The translations under genes were made by a program, and so were the position numbers. The notes under the pieces were generated by a model, which saw nothing but the letters and a program-made list of their open reading frames with translations, was not told the origin of the DNA and ran no database searches. DNA of 64,000 nt from Octopus sinensis (Eukaryota): NCBI RefSeq assembly GCF_006345805.1, contig NC_042999.1:32674001-32738000 (forward strand). The letters run 5' to 3'. This document shows positions 54,811 through 64,000 of the stretch, piece after piece (position 1 is the stretch's first letter; every line of letters starts with the position of its first letter).

Positions 54811-55929
54811 TATATATATATATTGTTTGGTTTTATGTAGAAATTTTATGATGAGGTAGTCCGAATTTGGGATAAGAATTAATTAGCTTTTCCATCTCGT
54901 CCATTTTTGAGACTATTCGGATATGATATTTCAAAAGAATTCCATGCCTGATATATAAATCTGGAAGAGAATGTCCGTTTGTCCGCGTACTTACATATGT
55001 GTGCTTATCTCTGTGCATGCATGCATGTATATGCAAGTATGTGTGCGGATGTGTGACGAACACCTGTAGGTACTGCAACTAGGAGTAAATGAGAAAAGTG
55101 GAATAAAAGAAAAAAGACAGAAAGAAGAAGAGGAAAAGGAGGGCAAGAGAATGTAAGCAATGTGAAAGAGACAAAGGAATCAAGAAAGAAAAAAGAAAGA
55201 TTATATTTATTGTACTTTTATGTCCATTTTGTTTTCGTTAATTTTTTAAAGGTATCTCCCCTTCTCGATCTTCTCTCTCTGCTTGCATGCGTGTGTAAGT
55301 ATTGGTATATACTGAATATGTAGAGGCTTGGTCTCAGGGTGACTCCCTTAACAAAACTACACATTTGGAAAAAGGCAAAACGTGCTCTAGATATTGGCTA
55401 ATATTTCACAATCAATGTAACTGGATTTTGAAAAGTTGGGTAGAAATTAAAGCAAGGAAAATACACAAGGCACTCACTGAAACTGAACAAGTTATGGATA
55501 TTATATTACATAGTCAACTAAAGACTGGACCTAGCTAATCTTTGCAGAAAATGCGTATCTAGCTTCACATTTGACCCTCTTCAAATGTATAGATTGTGTA
55601 GGGAAGTTATTCCGAATAGGAACTAATCTATGAATACATTTTAAATCCGATTTCAACGTTTTACCATTTCTTTTGTAATTTATAGTCATGAGTGCCTCCC
55701 TACTAGCTTGAATATAATATGTATCACCTTTGCATACCTGGCTAATTCTCAAAACACGTTGATGGCATAAAGGATGTAAGCATGCATTGTGTGCATGATG
55801 TGTATGCATATACGTACGTATATATATATATATATATATATATATACGCAAATATGTGTGTATATATATAATATGATTGTGTATGACTGGGTGCATGCGC
55901 GTATGTATATATATATTATATATATATAT

Positions 55930-55989
<60 letters not shown>

Positions 55990-55995
<6 letters not shown>

Positions 55996-56660
55996 GTTGT
56001 CAAGTATGGACTTTCTAGTAAGGTATATGCTAAATTTTGACAGCTACTCATTTTGCTCCATTATAATATTTTGACAATCTTTATCTTTTGTTATAAATCT
56101 GACACATCAAATTCTTTATTCTAACGCATTTTGCGCGTCGTTATAAAGTATTTACAAATCGATTTTTGATATTTTTGTTTAGTGATGGTTATGTCGGAAA
56201 TTTTTACAGTTTCGAAATATGAGATCTTTCTTGGAAATACAGCATCACAGACAGCTCGGAATATTAATGTAGTATTTCCTTCTACTGTTATTACACAGTA
56301 GACAATATCAATTTGGTTTGCAAAATTTCGTTCTGGTAACTTTCACCTCACAAATGAGCAACACCGTCGACCAGAAACGAAAGAGGATAATGACGAACTG
56401 AAAGACACTGTCGAGCCAGATCTTTCTCAAAGTGACCGGAAATCATCGTTGTTGCTTGGTGTTAGCAAGCAAACAATAATGTCACACATAGTTGAAAACG
56501 GTGAAAGGAAAAACTTGGATAAGTGGGTTCCACATGAGCTCCACATGAAAATCAGAAACAGCAATGTTTCGAAGCCTTCATTATGCTACTTTCTCGTCAC
56601 AAAAAAGGAATCATTTTTCAATTGAATTGTAACGGGATGACAAATGAATCCAATGAAGCC
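55990..56660 (+). mobile_element. Mariner (DD34D-type) transposon 5' relic
   Basis: TA-TTGGGTTGTCAA TIR-like start; TARNINVVF..WFAKFRSGNF..GVSKQTI..LDKWVPHEL; truncated by (TA)n. Confidence 0.8.
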
Positions 56661-56673
56661 TATATATATATAT

Positions 56674-56714
<41 letters not shown>

Positions 56715-56728
56715 ATGCACATGAATAT

Positions 56729-56795
<67 letters not shown>

Positions 56796-56864
56796 ATATG
56801 TATATATATATTTTACTCTTTTACTTGTTTCAGTCATTTGACTGTGGCCATGCTTTTGCCACAT

Positions 56865-56919
56865 GTATCACTGACGAAGAGAGGGCTCTCAGTAGCTAAC
56901 TCTGAAATCGGTCCGATAT
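56865..56919 (+). ncRNA. Type I hammerhead motif, tandem unit 1
   Basis: GTATCA-CTGACGA-AGAG..CTCT-GAAA-TCGG-TC-CGATAT. GUC site ends at 56913; A.C mismatch at the base of stem I. Confidence 0.62.
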
Positions 56920-57112
56920 GGTAATAATGGAATTTTTTAGAAATTTCTGTCAGCCTTTCTTCGAGTGGCGTGCGTATTGTGAAAAAATTATATGGTTAAT
57001 GGACAATATGTCCAATTTTTCGGCATATTTGTCATTAGAAGTTTTTCCTTTGCCCTCATTTATGAATTATATATATATGTGTGTGTGTGTGGTGTGTGTG
57101 TGTGTATGCACA

Positions 57113-57171
<59 letters not shown>

Positions 57172-57240
57172 ATATGTATATATATATTTTACTCTTTTAC
57201 TTGTTTCAGTCATTTGACTGTGGCCATGCTTTTGCCACAT

Positions 57241-57295
57241 GTATCACTGACGAAGAGAGGGCTCTCAGTAGCTAACTCTGAAATCGGTCCGATAT
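57241..57295 (+). ncRNA. Type I hammerhead motif, tandem unit 2
   Basis: Identical to 56865-56919; GUC site ends at 57289. Confidence 0.62.
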
Positions 57296-57443
57296 GGTAA
57301 TAATGGAATTTTTTAGAAATTTCTGTCAGCCTTTCTTCGAGTGGCGTGCGTATTGTGAAAAAATTATATGGTTAATGGACAATATGTCCAATTTTTCGGC
57401 ATATTTGTCATTAGAAGTTTTTCCTTTGCCCTCATTTATGAAT

Positions 57444-57485
<42 letters not shown>

Positions 57486-59170
57486 AGTTGAGTGTGTGTG
57501 TGTGTGTGTACCATCATGTATATGTATATCCTCGTACGCACACAGGTATGTAAATATATATACATATTATAGACACAGACCCATACACAAAAGATTAAAT
57601 TACTATACGAGTACAAATCGTAAATATGTTATGATAGAGGAAGTGGTTTTAATTTCAGACACACATTCATCAACAACATCAGGAAAATGTAATGTAATGG
57701 ATTAAATTTCATATGAATGGAAGATATAATCAAATAATCAAATAAACTTACCCCAGGAGTAGGCACGAGGCAGAAACACATAACTCGTAGTTTTTAATTC
57801 CACAAGTAAAAATAAGTATAAAATAAAGACATTATACAAATACATATATACATACATAAAGGTACATATATATATTCACACGCCTATACAAGAATATTTA
57901 TATATATATACACATATACGTATACAGATACATATATGTATATATATATAACTATATATATATGTATGTATATATATATATATATTATATATATATATAT
58001 ATATTATATATATATATATATATATATTTACACGCACATATATTCCATACCTACAAAACATACATAGGTTTACGAAAGCATAATTTATGCCCCTTTGGTT
58101 GAAAATATGTCATATATCAATAATCATAAACGCAACATGATTTTATAAAATATATATTGGAAAATATCCAAGTACTGGAAAGAGTCCATAACATGTGAAT
58201 AAGAATATTCAACGATATAAAATGTATATAAAAGAATATACAAAGATTGTTAAAAAACATAACGTAGTGGATAAATCAAACGTAGTAAAAAATTAAAATA
58301 TGGGAATTCAATACAAAGCTAAGAAGCAAATATAAATGAGAGAGTTGTGGTTATGCCGTGAATGAAGTGATATAATGTAATGTAATCATGCTGACAATAT
58401 TTATAACAAAAACAGAGGTGCAATAAGGGTTAGAGAATTACAGTTGTGACAGAAAGTTAGGTACTAGAGACATTACCTATTAGTTTTGAATTAAGCGAAC
58501 GTTGGTTTCAAGTCACACGGCTACTTTAATTTGCTTTTGTATTCAAGTATGTAGGCGTGTGTGCATATGTGTATAATATATCCGTACGGAAAGCTAAAAC
58601 TTTCATATTTCATTATGTGAACTTCGAATATGTAGGTTTTTTGAGGGCGAAATGAAAACGAATTTCAATTCTAGTTAGTCTTAATGTCAAATTTCCCACC
58701 TACCCAGCAAACAATATTTGGTTATGAATGACACACTCATGATTCTGCATCATACACACAGGAGTGGTAATGGTATTTTTGATGGATTACATTAACCGGG
58801 AATAAATAGGTGATACAACACATTGTTTCTATCAACACGATTTCGAATGTGCGCAAACCAATGAGCATGCAGTTTAATATATACACACTAATAAGCATGC
58901 TGTTACTGAAAGGCATGTACAAACGCATTTATACGATTTTGTGCGTGATTTGAACTAATAGAGGTGCGTATATAGCTTAAAATATAAATACGTACGTATC
59001 TACATACATAGCTACATAGCTTTACATACACATACATATGGAACGATAATGCAACCGAGTCGTTGCCAATAAGCATGAATAAAGATATGGAAAGTCGTAT
59101 GCGCGAATGTTGGAATGCAGTATATTGGAATATTTCTGCACTGCTATATGCAAGCGCGCCCACTAGGAGG

Positions 59171-59264
<94 letters not shown>

Positions 59265-59376
59265 CATATATATATGTATATATATGTATATATATGCATA
59301 TATATATATATATATATAATATATATATATATATGTATATATCTATCTATCTATATATATATATATATGTATGTAA

Positions 59377-59434
<58 letters not shown>

Positions 59435-59459
59435 CTGTGTGTGTGTAAGTGTGTGTGCG

Positions 59460-61210
59460 TATGATGTGATAAAAATCCAAGGCTGTGTAGATATTAGAAC
59501 AATTATAAATAGGTCTTACAGCTGTTTCCGGGATATATATTTATATCTCTTCATCGGAGACGGTGTGAGACACTGGTTAAACAATAGTTAATTTAGATAA
59601 TATATGAAATAGAGAGTGAAGTGGATGAGTGAAAATCGATGTGAAATATGCAGAATATTGCATTTGCATGATACCAATACCTTGGAGTGACGGGGTGGTT
59701 GTTGAGTGTGGGGAAGCGTAACAGGGAGGAAGTGAGTGCAATTTAGGTTTGTTTGGAGTGAGCGAGAAATTAATGAAACAGATGATTTAAATGGATTATG
59801 TAACGTTAAGTGTAGTTTGCATGGGAATGTGACTGAGAATAGAAAAAGATGGAAAAAGCAAGAGGGAGAAAGCAGTCAATGGTGTGTATTTCGGAGAGAT
59901 AACAACGCATGGTGGCGCGCATAAGGCGGTGGGATATAGTACGGTGTATTGTTATGATGTTTGAATCAGAGTGGAGAGTGGGTGGAAATAGAGGCTGAAA
60001 CCTCGAGGGATGAGGCGATGATGAAGGCAGTGATTGAGAAATGAAACTTAACAAGAGAAGCGTATTAGCGTGTTGTTTCAAAAATTAGTAGGGAAAAGTT
60101 AACAAAAGGTTGAAAGCAGCGGAAAGGCGAAGGAAAGGTGATTTTTAGGCGGTGGTGAAGGTGGAGGTGGAAATGTCTGTAATCGGGCATGATTGAAAGA
60201 CGAGAAGAAAAGTTTTAAAAAAAGAGAAAAAAGGTGGAGAAAGAAAGGCAAATAAAGACGTGAGGGTGGAGAATTCAAAATGATGGTGAAAAAAAATTCA
60301 AAAGGCGTGAGGAGAAAAAATACAAGAGGTGAGAGAAGAATAATAAAAACAAGGAGAGAAATTAGGAGGAAGAAGGAAGAAACAGAGGGGTAAGAAGAAG
60401 TAAGGGAGAAGAGAAGACAAAAAGGAAAAAGAAAGGGAGAGAGAGAGAGAGAGAGAGGCACAGTAACAATGTGCAGATAGAGAAAACAGAGTGAGAAAAA
60501 ACGACAATAGGAAAAAGCAGAAAGCACAAGAAAAAAAGGTTCAGAAAGTTCAAAAGGTTCAAAGGTCATGGTGTATTGGAGCGATTCTCATTAACGGAAG
60601 GGCTCAGTGTAATCCATGCTAGGTAGGAGGTGGTGAAGAAACAATCAGGTGGAAGTCCGAAGTATAGGAAGGTGGAAACATCCTGGTAGAATAGTCCGAA
60701 GTGCAGGTGTAGGAAATCCAGGAAGTTCGAAGTGTATGAAGACAAAACTGGTGCGACTACGTTAGCATGCAATATATTGTTGGAATTTACAAAAAAACAA
60801 AAACAAACAAAAGGCGCAGACAGGTGTGTAAAGAACAAACAGATGGATTAGCTTAACGCTCGGGGAGTGGGAAAGTCTTTAACGTTTCGAGCCTAAGCTC
60901 TTCAACACAAAGGAACACAGAAATAAACAGAGATAATTTTTTTAAAAAGGTTTAGTAGCTAACGATTAATCCTGGTGAATGCCTGACAGAGGTGGCCAGA
61001 AAGGAGAGCCAGTAACAAGGAGAGATAATAATGTAGTGGTTATCCCAAAACGAAGGTGCGCGTGAGTGTGTATGTGAAAGCGTGTATGTGCGTGTGGATA
61101 GGGGCAGGTGACCTTGACGTGTGCGTGAGTGCATGTGTAAGTGTGTGGACGAAGGTGTGCGGGTAGTGTGTGCGGGTGGTGTGATGAGGTGTGATAAATA
61201 TATACATACA
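59460..61210 (-). mobile_element. Penelope-like 5' stub / non-autonomous derivative (pLTR-like, pyrimidine tract, ORF N-terminus, HHR-bearing end)
   Basis: Frameshifted LSFI..NHCLHHRLIPRGF..ISHRLMRATM at 60.08-59.9 kb resembles the PLE N-terminal FLxxCL..LIPxGF motif. HHR-like motifs lie at both ends. Confidence 0.5.
59513..59561 (-). ncRNA. Minimal type I hammerhead motif with U4>C core change
   Basis: GTCT-CCGATGA-A-GAGATATA..TATATCCC-G-GAAA-CAGCTG-TA-AGAC; palindromic stem III ACAGCTGT. Confidence 0.55.
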
Positions 61211-61308
61211 TACTTACATACATACTTATATATATATATATATATTTACAGTCGTCATGATAGATCGGTAGCCACTACACACATATTCTTTTCTCTCCGT
61301 GTTTCTCT

Positions 61309-61346
<38 letters not shown>

Positions 61347-61436
61347 ATAAATATTAGGGAATATATCCAAATTTACAGGGAAAAAAAAAAAAAAAAAATC
61401 AGATTTAGGATTAAATCCAATTTTATAGTAAAATAT

Positions 61437-61753
61437 TATAAAATATTATTTGAGACAAAACCACTATTTTGCAAAACAAACAAGGAAAGACTTAATCAAT
61501 ACATAAAATTTAATAAATAGTCAAAAAAACCGCCACTATAATCGTTTCTTGTCTTGATCGACAATCTTCAGGTGGACTTCCAATAATTCAGTTACAAATT
61601 ATGAAGTACTGAATTATTGGAAGTCCACCTGAAGATTGTCGATCAAGACAAGAAACGATTATAGTGGCGGTTTTTTTGACTATTTATTAAATTTTATGTA
61701 TTGATTAAGTCTTTCCTTGTTTGTTTTGCAAAATAGTGGTTTTGTCTCAAATA

Positions 61754-61763
<10 letters not shown>
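61437..61763. repeat. Perfect fold-back: 156-bp arms, 15-nt spacer, ending in (TA)n; HHR-like motif in each arm (61533-61575 minus, 61625-61667 plus)
   Basis: Arms are identical by manual comparison. Motif CCAC-CTGAAGA-TTGTC-GATCAA-GACAA-GAAA-CGATTA-TA-GTGG. Confidence 0.9.
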
Positions 61764-61806
<43 letters not shown>

Positions 61807-62185
61807 CATACATACACATACATATACTTGTTATGTTTGTGTGTATGCATGCATATTGTTATTTTGGTATTCGCATTATACAAATGGGCATGAATAGAAG
61901 GTTTAGTGATAACTTTTGTTTTCCTGTCGATTCCAGATTCTTCTCTCAAGTAGTCACAAATTTCCGGTAGGAAATAGCAAACGTCCTTTGTCATGTAGAA
62001 TGTTTCCTTATCTTTTATTTGCTCTAGCATATATGTATCCATACGGCAGATGTGAATTGCAAATAAATATGATGTGGTAGTATGTAGTATCATTTCTCTA
62101 ATTGCTCTGGGCAATTATGTAGTAGCTGTATGTCATTGAGAATCGAATCCATGTCGCGTACGTTGACGCATACACAATATGACAC

Positions 62186-62299
<114 letters not shown>

Positions 62300-62364
62300 A
62301 CATACAAACGTACCTATATATCTATATAGGAATATAAAAAACGTAGTATGGAATATAGCGATAG

Positions 62365-63153
62365 TTTGCTTTTTCCATGGGTATGAGTAAGTATTTCATT
62401 TATGTCTTACGTATTTATCGCTGACGTGGGGAAAATTATTGTGAATTAACCCCGAAATTGAGACCAATACGGTAATAACGGATCTTTGTAGAAATTCGAG
62501 ACGCATAAAATATAATGGTTATTGACAATGTTGTCTTTTTTTCGGCATATTTGGCATTAGAATTTTTCTTTTACCCTTATTTTATAAGTTATTTATAAAT
62601 TTAACCTTTAAAGGTATTTTTTGATATGCTGGCCATTGACAAAATTTTTTTTTCGAAAAGAAAAAGTTATCCTACATTAGTTATAAATTTAATAGTGTTC
62701 ACTTCCCGATTCTCTCACTCTGTGAAAGTTTCTAGATCGAATCACATGTGCCTCGAGATGTGCCGAATATTTTCTATTTTGGATATATTTGGGGTACTTT
62801 GGTTTGCCCAGGACTTAGTGCTTGCTTTTTCCATGGTTATGAGTGAGTATTTCGTTTATGTCTTACGTATTTATCGCTGACGAGGGGAAAATTCTTATGA
62901 ATTAACCCCGAAATTGGGACCAATACGGTAATAACGAAATTTTTTAGAAATTTCCATCGGCATGTTTCGAGACGCATAAATAAGAATGGTTATTGACAAT
63001 TTTATCTTTTTTCGGCATATTTGGCATTAGAATTTTTCTTTTACCCTTATTGTATAAGATATTTATAAATCTAACCTTTAAAGGTACCTTTTGACATGCT
63101 GGCCATTGATAAATTTTTTTTTTTCAAAAAAATTTTATCCTACATTAGTTATA
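62365..63153 (+). repeat. Diverged tandem pair (~456-470-bp period) homologous to the 56.9/57.2 kb HHR unit
   Basis: Shared GGTAATAA..TTTTTCGGCATATTTG.CATTAGAA. HHR-like cores at 62421 (CTGACGT) and 62877 (CTGACGA) with GGGG/CCCC stem II. Confidence 0.85.
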
Positions 63154-63199
63154 TATGTATGTATATATTCATATATATATATGAGTGTGTGTGTGTGTG

Positions 63200-63415
63200 T
63201 GAGACCCTTCTGTCCGGCAGTCACCATGATAGAACGTTAGTCATTACACACAGATTTTCTCTCCTTGTTTCTTTCCTTGTTTTTTTTTCTGTGTCCCTTA
63301 CTGTGGAAGAGCGTAGGCTCGAAACGTAAAAACTGTTTTTCAATTCTGAGCGTTATACTAATACATGTTTGTTTTCTCCACCACCTGTCTTCGTCTTTTT
63401 TCGTGAATTCTTACA
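63200..63415 (+). mobile_element. pLTR-like repeat, same family as 60775-61000 (inverted orientation)
   Basis: GAAGAGC-NTAG-GCTCGAAACGT..GAGCGTTA.ACTAAT.CAT..ACACC.CTGTCT is shared by both copies; ends in (TA)n. Confidence 0.65.
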
Positions 63416-63691
63416 GTATATATATATATATATGCAGCAGTCAATCATATCCAAAGAAAAGGCTATAGCAGTAGAGAGCCGAGACAGTGTATCACCCGTT
63501 TTAGATTGGACTGGGACTGTGTTTCAGAAGAAATGTTCCTATCACTCACCAGTGTCTGCGCCTATGGACGCATATGGTATATATTATAATATTATCATCC
63601 TCATACGTATGTATGAGTAAGATAATATTACATGTATGTAATCATGTAATCATGTTTACATACAGGTGTTGATAATATACATTATATATAT

Positions 63692-63736
<45 letters not shown>

Positions 63737-63739
63737 GTG

Positions 63740-63763
63740 TGTGTATAGATAGATAGATAGATT

Positions 63764-63830
<67 letters not shown>
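63740..63830. repeat. (GATA)n microsatellite
   Basis: Seen directly. Confidence 0.95.
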
Positions 63831-64000
63831 GGATCATTTACCGTGATTGTGTGCTTGTTCTGCATCCACGAGCAATAACATATGCAAATGCTGAACCTTT
63901 GTAATAATTCAAGGAAAACCTTAATCATTACCAACAACGTTTATTTGTGTGTTGCACTTTGCATCTCTCCTATTCGCAATCTTTCTTGCAACATAATTGA

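Larger units (their letters stand above)
56690..57460 (+). repeat. Tandem duplication, 376-bp period (microsatellite + SINE tail + HHR-bearing unit)
   Basis: Non-microsatellite parts appear identical; paired ORFs are offset by exactly 376 (56918/57294). Confidence 0.9.

Noticed and set aside
63430-63570. Possible very old SINE head on the minus strand
   Set aside because: Similarity to the 18.6-19.0 kb family is too patchy to call.

Overview
This is AT-rich, microsatellite-saturated animal DNA. Its SINE and repeat families resemble those of Octopus (inference). I could not identify a host protein-coding gene, only weak candidate exons. The window is dominated by transposable-element copies and relics. 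These include two head-to-tail near-full-length R4/Dong-type (RT + CCHC + restriction-like endonuclease) non-LTR retrotransposons bounded by (TAA)n arrays, several more Dong-type fragments, a decayed RTE/BovB-like LINE, a twin-primed RTE fragment, CR1-like and mariner/Tc1 relics, several tRNA-derived SINEs, and Penelope-like (PLE) relics. The most interesting layer is non-coding. About ten type I hammerhead-ribozyme (HHR) or HHR-like motifs, from at least five unrelated sequence families, sit in fold-back palindromes (33.7, 54.5 and 61.4 kb), tandem 376-bp and ~456-bp units (56.9/57.2 and 62.4/62.9 kb) and PLE terminal repeats, usually next to (TA)n tracts. The family in the tandem units shows four compensatory base-pair changes in an ungapped 26-nt stem II, which is evidence for conserved RNA structure. 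Ribozyme activity is not demonstrated. Hammerheads in PLEs and retrozymes are known in general; whether these particular families are described needs a database check.
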